From: an uncultured delta proteobacterium
Lineage (GTDB): Bacteria; Desulfobacterota; Syntrophia; Syntrophales; UBA2185
Length of the DNA stretch: 28,104 nt
Direction of reading: 5' to 3'
Assembly (NCBI GenBank): GCA_963729715.1
Contig: CAVSPA010000013.1
Coordinates: 1-28,104 of the forward strand
In this document: piece by piece, positions 18,285 to 27,834 of the stretch
Numbering within the stretch: the first letter of the stretch is position 1
Layout of the letters: every line of letters starts with the position of its first letter
Made by a program: the position numbers and the translations under genes
Notes under the pieces: model-generated
Databases searched by the model: none
Seen by the model: the letters and a program-made list of their open reading frames with translations, nothing else
Told to the model about the DNA's origin: nothing

Positions 18285-19694
18285 ATGAAAATGGGCAATT
18301 CATGTAAAGACACCGATATTTTAAATATCATCATGGAATTCGCATCAGATGGAATATTTATTGTCGATAAAAATAGTATCATCGTGGGAATGACTAAAGC
18401 TTACGAGAGAATGAGCGGGATAAAAAGGGAGGAGATCATTGGTTTGCCGGTCGCTACCTTATTGAACATGGGATTATCAAAAGTACCTGTTCTGGAAATT
18501 ATTGAAGAAAAGAAACCTCTATCGGATATAATAACATACTCCCGAACAAACAAGGAAATTCTGGTAACCGGTATTCCCATTCTTGATGAAAAAGGTGATT
18601 TAAACTACGTGGTACTTTGCTTCCGGGACCTCTCCGAATTAAATGCTCTGCAAAAAGAAATATCTAATTCGCAGAAATTGATACAACAGTATAAGAATGA
18701 ACTTGACGTATTGAAACAAGATGCTCCCCATTCTGATATTATTGCCAGAAATCCTAAAATGAAAAGGGTCCTCGAATTAGCAAGAAGATCGGCAGGCGTT
18801 GATTCAACTGTTTTAATATTGGGTGAGTCAGGGGTCGGCAAGGATTTAATCGCCAGATATATTCATCAACACTCCGACAGAAGCATAAAAGGAAAGTATA
18901 TAAAGATCGATTGCAGTTCGATACCAGAGACGTTGCTGGAGTCGGAATTATTTGGATATGAAAAAGGAGCTTTTACGGGTGCGAGAGAAACCGGCAAGCA
19001 GGGCCTTTTTCAAATGGCAGAAAAGGGCACTCTTTTTCTCGACGAAATCGGCGATTTACCTATACAGCTTCAAATGAAATTGCTCAATACCTTACAGGAC
19101 AGGAAGATAAACCCTCTCGGCAGTCTGAAATCCATTGATGTGGATGTAAGAGTTCTGGCTGCAACAAATAAAGATTTGAGAGCATTGGTAGAAAGCGGAT
19201 CATTTCGCAGTGATTTGTTTTATAGACTTAATGTTATTCAAATAGACATTCCACCCCTTAGAGAAAGAAAAGAAGAAATCATCCCCCTGGTGTTTCATTT
19301 CGCAAAAAAAATATGCTTGAAGTACGGCATAGAAAAGGACTTCTCATCGGAGGTATTGAGGCTTTTTGAAAATTATGAATGGCCGGGAAATATCAGAGAA
19401 TTGATAAACGTCGTTGAACGGTCAATCGTATTGTCTACCAATAATACTATTCAATTGCAGGACATTATGGAATTGAGTCCTATTTTCGCCAAGAAGACGC
19501 ATCCTCCATTGTCAGCAAGGAAGAACAAAGCATTAAAAGAAGCATTAGATCAGGCTGAACGCAACTTGATATTAGATACTTTGAACGAAAAGAAGTCATT
19601 AAAATTGGCCGCAGAGGAACTCAAAATAGATATTTCAACACTTGTTAGAAAAAAAAGGAAATATAAAATCAAATTCGACGGCAGTTTTGACTGA
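18285..19694 (+). CDS. sigma54-dependent enhancer-binding activator (PAS + AAA+ + Fis HTH)
   Basis: GESGVGK, ESELFGYEKGAFTGA, LFLDEIG, FRSDLFYRL, WPGNIREL and a C-terminal HTH. Start uncertain (18285 or 18291). Confidence 0.93.
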   Translation: MKMGNSCKDTDILNIIMEFASDGIFIVDKNSIIVGMTKAYERMSGIKREEIIGLPVATLLNMGLSKVPVLEIIEEKKPLSDIITYSRTNKEILVTGIPILDEKGDLNYVVLCFRDLSELNALQKEISNSQKLIQQYKNELDVLKQDAPHSDIIARNPKMKRVLELARRSAGVDSTVLILGESGVGKDLIARYIHQHSDRSIKGKYIKIDCSSIPETLLESELFGYEKGAFTGARETGKQGLFQMAEKGTLFLDEIGDLPIQLQMKLLNTLQDRKINPLGSLKSIDVDVRVLAATNKDLRALVESGSFRSDLFYRLNVIQIDIPPLRERKEEIIPLVFHFAKKICLKYGIEKDFSSEVLRLFENYEWPGNIRELINVVERSIVLSTNNTIQLQDIMELSPIFAKKTHPPLSARKNKALKEALDQAERNLILDTLNEKKSLKLAAEELKIDISTLVRKKRKYKIKFDGSFD

Positions 19695-19844
19695 GTTATG
19701 ATAGTATTGGCGGGCTAGATAGAAAATATAAGGTGGCAGGATCAATCGCAGGTCAATGCGAACTATGAAGAGATTACCCCAGATTCATAGTGATAAATGA
19801 TGTGAAGAGGATAATCTAACTAGTTCACTTGAAGGAGGCAGACG

Positions 19845-20702
19845 ATGAGTTCCACAAATGATGTTCGGTCATCATACACAAGGCGTAGTTTTCTGCGTAC
19901 TACAGTAAGTGTTGCATCAGCAGGATCAGCATTGTTATTGCTTTCTGATGACATTATTGCGGGCAATAAGCCGCCGCAATCAAAGCTGCGTACATACAAT
20001 GGCAGCACCGATCCCTATCCGATACCCTGGCTGGATAAGAACGGCAGCCATAACCAGCCGGCAGGCCCGAACTTGGAACCGTCGCACATTTTCCATTTTA
20101 AAGGGCGGGTTGCCCGCTGCGCCGGTTTCGTCGGTATGGGTACCGACAATAAAGGCAACCGGATTGCCTTCGGCACACCAACAACCGATTACGGATACAT
20201 GCAGGGAGAATACTTTGCCGGGCGCACTCCTCAGACAGGCACATTCACTCATATATGACTCACTTTGTTCCAGGGGCAGGCTGCCCCTGCAAACCAGATT
20301 CACGATTTTCATCCCCCTATTTCACCTTCCGGGTTGTACTGGGTGGTTCCGGTTCCTGAAGGGGGACTGATCATTAGTCCCGACGGGCAGACAGTAACAC
20401 TTGAGATGAAAAACATTGCGGTTGTCGATCAACCGAGGTGGCCCGCCCTTGATGCCGTCGGCATGCCGGCTGTTATGAGTTTTAAGATGATATGGGAGGC
20501 GACGGACGAAAAAATCATTTACGACGATCCGCAGAAACAATTTCGAGTGGAAGGCTATCGCGCTACATCACAGCTTGAGGCGCAAGTTAAAGTTCCATCA
20601 ATAGGCTTCTCATGGAAATCCGACCCCCTATCAGAATCGCATGCCAATTTTGCGATCATCGGGAATGAAGTGAATGGACGTTACTACAGTCCGATGAAGT
20701 AA
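19845..20702 (+). CDS. Tat-exported hypothetical protein with in-frame TGA at codon 138; candidate selenoprotein of 285 aa
   Basis: Twin-arginine motif TRRSFLR and AGGAGG SD. ORFs 19845-20258 and 20265-20702 share one frame with a single TGA between them. The second ORF has no SD. A SECIS-like hairpin follows the TGA. Confidence 0.7.
20264..20293 (+). promoter_or_regulatory. Putative bacterial SECIS element
   Basis: TTTG-(TTC bulge)-CAGGGGC-AGGCT-GCCCCTG-CAAA. The upper stem starts after a 12-nt spacer from the TGA and has a G-containing apical loop. Confidence 0.6.
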
Positions 20703-20733
20703 TCTGTTATTTGGTTGCCGCTTTCGGCATGGG

Positions 20734-20774
20734 GGCTAATAAGCGGTTCGACTGGAGTGCGCGAAGCGAGTTTC
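20734..20774 (+). repeat. Possible left half of a truncated attC site
   Basis: GGCTAAT-AAGCGGTTCGAC-TGGAGTGCGCGAAGCG resembles an attC R''/L'' arm. No matching GTTRRRY arm follows. Confidence 0.4.
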
Positions 20775-21406
20775 TTACTCAGCAGAACTGTTTTGGGCCA
20801 TCTCTTTTTCGATATTGAAAAGCCCCTGAAGATAAGGGGTTTCTGAGACCGATTTCAGGCCCTTTTCATTTTGACCACTCACCACACGTGCCAATATAAC
20901 TGTGTGACTATCTGGATGCAAATCTTTCAAGCAAACCATCCAGGCACAAGTATAGCCCTTGCCGGAACCCATCGGGCCCTCGCCCATGTGTAAGTCAGTC
21001 AGTCCCTCTGCGCTCGGATATCAACCGCATCACCGGATTGCTAATCTATGTCTGATCATGAAACCGTTCGCCCCAGGCCAGTGGCGTCACCCCGTGGTAT
21101 TCATGCATCGACGCGTCCTCGACAAACCGTAAACGTGTGGATCAGCGCTGTGGTTCAGCAGCAGACGGACACAGCCATGCTTTGTTTACTTTGAGAAAAT
21201 CGGGCCGCCCATAATGAAGCATGTTCATGGATATGTCCTACCGGCACAGGCGCTTTTCCCGTGCGGAGCAAAGAATTTGATCACTGCGGGGATGCGCCAA
21301 ATAATGACTTCCAGCCAGATCAAGCACGCCGACCCCTGCTCCCTATACAGATATAACTGCAGTTCAGTTGCTGCATTAACGCCTTCTCGAAACTCAGGTA
21401 ACTGGG

Positions 21407-21975
21407 CTAAGCGCCAAGTTCCCGCACAGTGCGCAAATAGCCGACGACATCCTCCCGGCTGAGCATGCCCTGAATTTGCCCATCTGCCATCACGGGAAGT
21501 TGGTTGACTCCATCGCGGTCCATCTCTTTCAAAGCTTCCCATAGTTCCGTACCGGGCCGCAACTGTTTCATCTGTTCGGCTGGTATCATGGCCTTGGCGG
21601 CTGTGATAGTCGGCCAATCGGAACGTGGAATCTCCTTGATGTGATGCAAAGTCAACAAGCCGACAACTGTGTCGCCCCGTTTGACCACGAAACTCCGGCG
21701 ACCGCTCGCCAGAATGTGATCGTCCACCAAGTGTTGCAAAGTGATGTCGGGAGGAATGGCTGCATATTGCCGATTCATGGCTTGGGAGACCTCATGGCCG
21801 GCCAGCATATCTTGGAGCCCCAGTTGCTGAACCTGCCCCCTGGCGGCACTTTCCAGAAACCAGCCGATGAAGGCGATCCACATGCCGTTGAAGATGTTGC
21901 CGGTAAATATTTGCCACACGCCGAAGAAGATGAAGAGGTAGGCGACGAATCGCCCCACGTTGGCGGCGATTGATA
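21407..21975 (-). pseudogene. 5'-truncated site-2 protease (M50) with CBS domain pair
   Basis: IAANVGRFVAYLF..GMWIAFIGWFL..A followed by two CBS domains. The N-terminal HExxH region is absent. Confidence 0.8.
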
Positions 21976-21982
21976 TCGTTGG

Positions 21983-22297
21983 GTGGCACAAAATGATTAT
22001 TTTATCAATAAAGGGGCAGCGACGAAGTTGAAGTGCTTTGTCGTTGGGCTTATATGTTGGTCTTTGGGTGTTGTATTATTTTACCTTAGCATAACAAAAG
22101 AGATCATATTTTTACGGATTATAGGGGGTTCAATCCTGCTCGTTGATTTTTTTATACTATTTAAAGCCTTGGAGAGAGCTCTCTACACTCAAGGCGGAAG
22201 CAGATATACAGGAACGCCCGGAGTTGTAGCCGTTTTTTTATTGTTTTCCATTATTGGATTGCCTGTGGCATTTACTACACTGGGAAAAAGCTTCTAA
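21983..22297 (+). CDS. Hypothetical membrane protein (cassette-like)
   Basis: Three hydrophobic segments, AT-rich, start uncertain. Confidence 0.5.
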   Translation: MAQNDYFINKGAATKLKCFVVGLICWSLGVVLFYLSITKEIIFLRIIGGSILLVDFFILFKALERALYTQGGSRYTGTPGVVAVFLLFSIIGLPVAFTTLGKSF

Positions 22298-22402
22298 ATA
22301 CGGAGTAAATGGGGTAAATGGGGTTAGCCCTTGCCAGAGGTCTGACATATGGTGTTGGGCTAAAATCCAACTAATATAAAACCATCATGGGGAGGATTTC
22401 TT

Positions 22403-22966
22403 ATGAAGAACATGGTTTTTGCGTTTCTTGTTTTGTTAGTTGCGGTTGTTTGTTTTTGGGAAGATTCGATTATTCGCGCTGAAACACCAAGCAGTAAGTT
22501 ACAAGAACAAGGGACACTCAAAGATCAGCGAGACGGGAAAGTTTATAAAACAGTACAAATTGGCAAACAGACATGGATGGCAACAAATCTTGCCTATAAA
22601 GCAAACAGTGGCTATTGTGCATACAACAACGACCAGAGATATGTGGCAACATACGGCTACCTTTACGATTGGAAAACGGCAAAAGTTGTATGCCCCGCAG
22701 GCTGGCATTTACCAACCGACGCTGAATGGACAGCGATGACAGACGAATTGAAAAACCCCAATACCAGGCGTTTCCCAGGCATTCCGGCTGGCATTCGTTT
22801 TCCAGATGGCACATTCGACTTAATTGACACCAACGGTTACTATTGGAGTTCTACCGAGCACAATACAGACTTCGCGTGGTATCGGGTCATGTTAAGAGGC
22901 CATATAGTAAGAGAGAGTATCGATAAGAAAGCCGCTTTTTCTGTGCGTTGTGCTGAGGATGAATAG
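22403..22966 (+). CDS. Secreted FISUMP (Fibrobacter succinogenes major paralogous) domain protein
   Basis: D.RDGKVYKTVQIG.QTWMA.NL, YGYLYDW, CPAGWHLPT..EW, YWSSTE, FSVRC. Confidence 0.88.
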   Translation: MKNMVFAFLVLLVAVVCFWEDSIIRAETPSSKLQEQGTLKDQRDGKVYKTVQIGKQTWMATNLAYKANSGYCAYNNDQRYVATYGYLYDWKTAKVVCPAGWHLPTDAEWTAMTDELKNPNTRRFPGIPAGIRFPDGTFDLIDTNGYYWSSTEHNTDFAWYRVMLRGHIVRESIDKKAAFSVRCAEDE

Positions 22967-23043
22967 ACTATTATTCTATTTGATTATCAGACGCTCTGAC
23001 ACATGCCACAATGTGCAATGACGAATGAAAATCAAACAAATAC

Positions 23044-23109
23044 GCCCAACGAATAGCTGCACAGGACGTGGCAAAACAGCGCGCCACGCCGGTGAGCACC
23101 ATGTTAGGC
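23044..23109 (+). repeat. attC site (integron cassette recombination site)
   Basis: GCCCAAC (R''), CTGCAC (L''-like), central CGTGGC..GCCACG stem, GTGAGC (L'-like), GTTAGGC (R'). 66 bp. Confidence 0.8.
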
Positions 23110-23179
23110 GGGAAGGTCTCGCTAAGTACAGCCACGCAACCAACGATCACGAAATGAAACTGGATCGAGAGGTACCAAT

Positions 23180-23725
23180 ATGAACCACAAACAATCGAGC
23201 ATGGCATACGGGTGTTTGGTGTTCTTGACAGCTTTGTCTCTGGCGAGCTGCAGCATAAATCAATTTAACTACCGGCGCATCTATTCTGGTGCTCCACTGC
23301 CCCGCAATGAGGTTGCCATTGTTATTAAGCCCGATTATTGCTTTATTACGGCGCTGGAAGAAGACGGGAAATCACCGAAACAAACGCCACTCCTATGGGG
23401 AGACATTGAGCTCCTTCCCGGCAAATATACGTTGTATATACACTGGGGGAAGATCAACACTGGATATGCTTCTACTACTATCACGAAGGCGAAAGAGCCG
23501 CTTCCTATACAAATCATTGCTCAGCCCGGCCGTGTCTATTTCATCTATCCCGATTTCAGTGAGCGCGGCAGATGGAAACCTGTAGTTATAGACAATGTTA
23601 CTGACAAGGACTTTGAATCGATAGCGACTAAGTATCTTAATGTGCCGGTGTGGAGCTATGTCGAAGGGATCTTGAAAGGTGAGCGCCGTTCACTCATGCA
23701 GACCGAAAAGGGTTATTGGCAATAG
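23180..23725 (+). CDS. Hypothetical lipoprotein (gene cassette)
   Basis: GAGGT SD, lipobox LASC, directly after the attC. Confidence 0.7.
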   Translation: MNHKQSSMAYGCLVFLTALSLASCSINQFNYRRIYSGAPLPRNEVAIVIKPDYCFITALEEDGKSPKQTPLLWGDIELLPGKYTLYIHWGKINTGYASTTITKAKEPLPIQIIAQPGRVYFIYPDFSERGRWKPVVIDNVTDKDFESIATKYLNVPVWSYVEGILKGERRSLMQTEKGYWQ

Positions 23726-23855
23726 GAAGAGTCAAAAGACAACCAATCAAACCTCAGTGGAGCAAGCATCGACTCAGCATCCACTCAAGGTTAAATCTGG
23801 TGCCTCTGCTGATGAAATCAAATGGAAATATCAACCTTAGGTTAGTGGAGGTAAT

Positions 23856-24353
23856 ATGAAGTATCTTTTGCTACTCGCACTACTTGTTGTTGATTTTTTT
23901 ATCTGTCTTTTTGGTTATTTGTTGATTGGAATCTCTCTGGAGAAGAAACCCAAACAAGGTGAAGCGGTGTTGGTCGATGCGCGAAAGAGAGTCCTTTCCT
24001 CGTTGAAGCTATTTCTTTTTGCGGTGCTAAGCCTAAACATAGCCATTATCCTCGCCATATTCTTTAAAAAGTTAGGATATCTCTCATCGGGATTTTTTGT
24101 ACTAGCTGGTATCTTGGTTTTGCTATTTGTCGTGCATAGAAGGAAATATAGCAAGGTATTTTCATATGTATATTGGTCTGAAATGCAACACAATCAGGTT
24201 GCCTTAAGTGGTGTTACAACAGCTGTAGATTGTGGATATAAGGGGAGATGTCCCAAATGCGATCTAAAACTGGAATATGGGTATACACAGCCTATAAGCG
24301 GGAAATATCAATGTACCTACTGTGATTGCGTTTATAGTTTGTCGGGTGATTAG
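23856..24353 (+). CDS. Hypothetical membrane protein with C-terminal zinc ribbon
   Basis: GGAGG SD, three TM segments, then CPKC-x17-CTYC. Confidence 0.7.
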   Translation: MKYLLLLALLVVDFFICLFGYLLIGISLEKKPKQGEAVLVDARKRVLSSLKLFLFAVLSLNIAIILAIFFKKLGYLSSGFFVLAGILVLLFVVHRRKYSKVFSYVYWSEMQHNQVALSGVTTAVDCGYKGRCPKCDLKLEYGYTQPISGKYQCTYCDCVYSLSGD

Positions 24354-24563
24354 CTGTTGCGTTTCCAGGCGGACGCTGGCCACTTCAATCTGGAATCCTC
24401 AGTTCTGATGAATGTCCACTGCTGAACAGTAGGTGTATCATTCAAGAGTATCATCTCATATAATTTGCCTATTGATTGTCTGATTCTTAGTATTTTTTCA
24501 TTCCTGCCTTTATAATTCCGTCTTCCCCAAAGACCTCACAGACAAAGAATATGGAGGTGCGTC

Positions 24564-25403
24564 ATGACGACACAAGAAGCGATAACCCTGTTCAAATATT
24601 ATCTTCAAGCAAACCACAAAGAGAGAACCATTGACAGCTACAGCCTTCTGCTTGACAGGTTCAATGCGATTCATGGAGAGAGACTACTGGAGGATATCAG
24701 TCCCGATGAGATCTTCCATTTTCTGGAAAGTGTGACGCAGAAGCTGTCTAAATCCACACGGAGGCTCCGGTATGCCCAGATAAAATCCTTTTATAACTTC
24801 ATCATCGACCGCTGCTCACTGAATATGAGGAATCCCTGCAACACGACGCTGCTCAGCAAGGCCTTCAGGGCACCGAAACAGTTGCCACGCAAGATCCTCG
24901 ACAGGGAAACGGTGGAAGAAATGATCTACAACGCGAAAAGGCAGCGTGACCGGTTGCTACTGGAACTTCAGGCGCGATGTGGATTGAGAATCGGTGAATT
25001 GCTGAAGATCAAGGTGTCGGATGTCTCTGACAGAACCATCACCCTTAGAGAACCCAAATCAGGCAAGGAGGTAGAAATGGCCTACATGCCGGAGAACGTT
25101 TCGAGGAAGCTGGCGGAATACGTCAAGGAGAAGGCCCTTCAAGGAGAGGATCGGATATTCGCCATCTGCTATTCGACAGCAAGATCCCTTGTCAGAGGGC
25201 TGGGAGCCAAGTTGAATGTCCATGTGTCACCCCATGATCTCCGGAGATACTCAGCCACTTATGCCAGCAGAAACGGTGTTCCCCTGGAAGTAGTATCGAA
25301 GGTAATCTTGAGGCACCAGGATTTAAAGACAACGCAGGTCTACCTCGGAAAGATCACCGATTCCGAAGCGATCCGATGGATGGACATCCTTCACGAAAAA
25401 TAG
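24564..25403 (+). CDS. Tyrosine recombinase / integrase (XerC/D-like)
   Basis: SAM-like N-terminal domain, CGLRIGEL, PHDLRR, LRHQDLKTTQVY. No obvious IntI-specific insertion. Confidence 0.92.
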   Translation: MTTQEAITLFKYYLQANHKERTIDSYSLLLDRFNAIHGERLLEDISPDEIFHFLESVTQKLSKSTRRLRYAQIKSFYNFIIDRCSLNMRNPCNTTLLSKAFRAPKQLPRKILDRETVEEMIYNAKRQRDRLLLELQARCGLRIGELLKIKVSDVSDRTITLREPKSGKEVEMAYMPENVSRKLAEYVKEKALQGEDRIFAICYSTARSLVRGLGAKLNVHVSPHDLRRYSATYASRNGVPLEVVSKVILRHQDLKTTQVYLGKITDSEAIRWMDILHEK

Positions 25404-25609
25404 GATCATTCAACATAACCAATTGGAACATGGAGGTCTTTGGGGTTCATAAATCATGTCCAGATCACCCATAATGCGTTATCTTATCATCAGAAACTGC
25501 GAGTTTCATCCTGATAATATCAACCATTAATTCAGAAAAATCTGAATAGTTCAACCGGTATTCATCACAGTTCAAAAAAAGCTATGGAGTTTAATCGTGA
25601 TAATATTTC

Positions 25610-25638
25610 TTGACAAGTGTAACCATATTGGTTACAAT
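25610..25638 (+). promoter_or_regulatory. sigma70 promoter with perfect operator palindrome for higBA-2
   Basis: TTGACA (25610-25615), 17 nt spacer, TACAAT (25633-25638). Palindrome TGTAACCA-TAT-TGGTTACA (25618-25636). Confidence 0.8.
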
Positions 25639-25645
25639 ACGTCAA

Positions 25646-25923
25646 ATGATAAAATCTTTTATCCATAAGGGTCTGGAAAAATTTTCTACGATGGCACCCG
25701 TAAAGGCATACAGACAAAGTATGTTTCCAAAATAGAGACGATATTGGATCGACTTGACGCAGCAAATGAAATCAAAGATATGAACTACCCCGGCTCCGGC
25801 CTTCACCTGCTGCATCCAAGAAAGAAGGGGCGTTGGGCGGTAAAAGTGTCCGGCAATTGGCGGGTGACGTTTGAATTTAAGGGTGGAGACGCATTTAACG
25901 TAAACATTGAAGATTATCATTAA
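25646..25923 (+). pseudogene. higB: HigB toxin with a 1-nt frameshift (absent from the ORF track)
   Basis: MIKSFIHKGLEKF, then adding one T at the 25682-25685 run restores FYDGTRKGIQ..LHLL..GRWAVKVSGNWRVTFEF..VNIEDYH*. Confidence 0.85.
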
Positions 25924-25935
25924 AGAGGATGATTT

Positions 25936-26247
25936 ATGAGAACACGAAAGAGACCGCCTATTCATCCAGGATCTATTTTACGGTTTCATTATTTGGAGCC
26001 GTTGGAAATTTCGGTAACGGACTTAGCGAAGAAGCTTAAATTGTCGAGAAAAACAGTATCCAAGATATTGAATGAAAGAGGTGCCGTGACAACAGACGTT
26101 GCTTTAAGGTTATCGAGGGCGTTTGATACTACTCCTGAATTATGGTTGAACCTTCAAAGAAATTACGATCTCTGGCATACGGCCAACGAAACCACTGACT
26201 GGCAGGCGATAAGACCCATATTAAAAATTGCCCACGTAAGCGCGTAG
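25936..26247 (+). CDS. higA: HigA antitoxin
   Basis: PIHPGSIL..ALRLSRAFDTTPELWLNLQRNYDLW. Confidence 0.92.
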   Translation: MRTRKRPPIHPGSILRFHYLEPLEISVTDLAKKLKLSRKTVSKILNERGAVTTDVALRLSRAFDTTPELWLNLQRNYDLWHTANETTDWQAIRPILKIAHVSA

Positions 26248-26663
26248 GGCCTCAATATTGATGCAATTAAGTTCCTCTTGATATTCTCATTCCGGTAGAA
26301 ACATGTAATAGTTCAGCGGTCTATTTTCTGTTTGTATTGCGCCTCAAATCCTTCCTGAACTACTCAAAAATCCAACCTCAATAAAAATGCACGATTTCAA
26401 ACTATAATCATTGACTATGCTTTCTCAATAATTATGACGGCAATAATGTGACACTGCGGGAAGCCCGATGGCTACTGGACAAATTTTCCATGTTTTGCGA
26501 AGTTTGCTTTTAGACCTTAATATACGAAATGATTTAAATAGTTATTCAATTATAATTATGTAATGTTTTCCTTTTGAAAAAAAATGCCATGTGATATGAT
26601 AACGTCCAAATTATCGGGAAATGCGAACTTCGTATATTAATTGTTAGACGAAAGGAATACATT

Positions 26664-27761
26664 ATGAAAAAAATAATATTTTTTGTCACTGTTACATACT
26701 TGTTTGTATTGTCCCCATTGTCTGCGGATTCTTGCACGGTGTTTCGACTAAAAGCCAACGACGGATCGATCATTGTCGGGCGTTCAATGGAGTTTGCTGT
26801 TGATATGAAATACGATGTCATCGTGGTACCGAGAAATAAAGCCTATGTGAGTCCCGCCCCTGATGGAAAAGATGGTTTATCCTGGAAAACACGTTACGGT
26901 TACGTCGGGATTGGATCATTCGGAATGGAGTATGGCTTATCAGACGGAATAAATGAAAAAGGACTTGCAGTCGGTTTACTTTGGTTTGAATCTGACATGA
27001 AATGGCAGGATGTTACCCCCCGCGAGAGGAAACGCGCCCTCGCCCAAATTATGGTTGGAGATTGGATTCTGGGCAACTTTGTAAGTGTGGATGATGTAAA
27101 GCGAGAAATCCAGAAATTGAAAGTCTTCAAATACACGGACCCAAAAACAAAAATATCCCCGAGCGTACATTTTATCGTTTATGACGCAAATGGCGGTTGT
27201 ATCGTTATTGAGTATGAAGACGGCATGTGCAACATCTATGACAATCCCCTCGGCATTATGACGAATGCTCCCAGATTTCCCTGGCAGTTAACGAACCTGC
27301 GTCAGTATGTCGGTATGTCGAGTGAAATGCCGGGATCCTACCAGTTGTCGGGATTAACATTTTCAACAACAGGCCATGGGTCGGGAATGTTTGGTCTTCC
27401 CGGCGACCTTACTCCACCGAGCAGATTCGTCCGTCTCGCTGTTTTAACCAGGTTTTCCGATATACAACCGGACGCCGAAAGAACGCTTAATCTTGCCCAG
27501 CATGTCATCAATACGTTTGAAATCCCCTTCGGTTTGGTAACCGATACAATGCCGGACAAAAAAACTATTCTTAAGGAATCCACGCAGTGGGTCACCTTTC
27601 GGGATCTCACAAAACGTATTCTTTACTTCAAAACATACGATAACCAGAATCTCCGGAAAATCGATATGAATAAGATTGATTTCTCAGGAACATCGGTGAA
27701 GCGGATTCCGCTGTTCGGAACATCTGAGATTATTGTGGATGTCACTGATCAAGGGCGTTGA
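26664..27761 (+). CDS. Secreted choloylglycine hydrolase / penicillin V acylase family Ntn-hydrolase
   Basis: Signal peptide then nucleophile Cys (ADS|CTVF). GRSMEF, DGINEKGL, TNAP.F.W..NL, GLPGD.TPPSRFVR. Confidence 0.92.
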   Translation: MKKIIFFVTVTYLFVLSPLSADSCTVFRLKANDGSIIVGRSMEFAVDMKYDVIVVPRNKAYVSPAPDGKDGLSWKTRYGYVGIGSFGMEYGLSDGINEKGLAVGLLWFESDMKWQDVTPRERKRALAQIMVGDWILGNFVSVDDVKREIQKLKVFKYTDPKTKISPSVHFIVYDANGGCIVIEYEDGMCNIYDNPLGIMTNAPRFPWQLTNLRQYVGMSSEMPGSYQLSGLTFSTTGHGSGMFGLPGDLTPPSRFVRLAVLTRFSDIQPDAERTLNLAQHVINTFEIPFGLVTDTMPDKKTILKESTQWVTFRDLTKRILYFKTYDNQNLRKIDMNKIDFSGTSVKRIPLFGTSEIIVDVTDQGR

Positions 27762-27780
27762 ATTGACCAAATGAGCGAAC

Positions 27781-27826
27781 GGGGAGATAGGTAACAGACT
27801 GTTCTGGGTACATGGGTAACACTTTT
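27781..27826. mobile_element. IS481-like terminal remnant
   Basis: Tandem imperfect repeats AGATAGGTAACA (27785-27796) and ACATGGGTAACA (27810-27821) followed by CTTTT, resembling IS481-family subterminal repeats as I recall them. No transposase present. Confidence 0.4.
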
Positions 27827-27834
27827 ATGTGAAC

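Noticed and set aside
4575..20258. Genome-wide stop-codon reassignment (TGA or TAG)
   Set aside because: TGA and TAG end many genes at family-typical C-termini (TGA for AOR, DsrC and the activator; TAG for HigA and the integrase).
20780..21400. Short ORFs downstream of the protease fragment
   Set aside because: No family signature and no consistent coding frame.
22305..22365. GTAAATGGG tandem and TTAGCCC..GGGCTAA inverted repeat, similar to GGGGTCAGAC at about 10440, as REP-like transposon ends
   Set aside because: Too short and degenerate, and no associated transposase.
24564..25403. Recombinase as the integron integrase IntI
   Set aside because: It is short (279 aa), lacks the IntI-specific insertion and is co-oriented with the cassettes.
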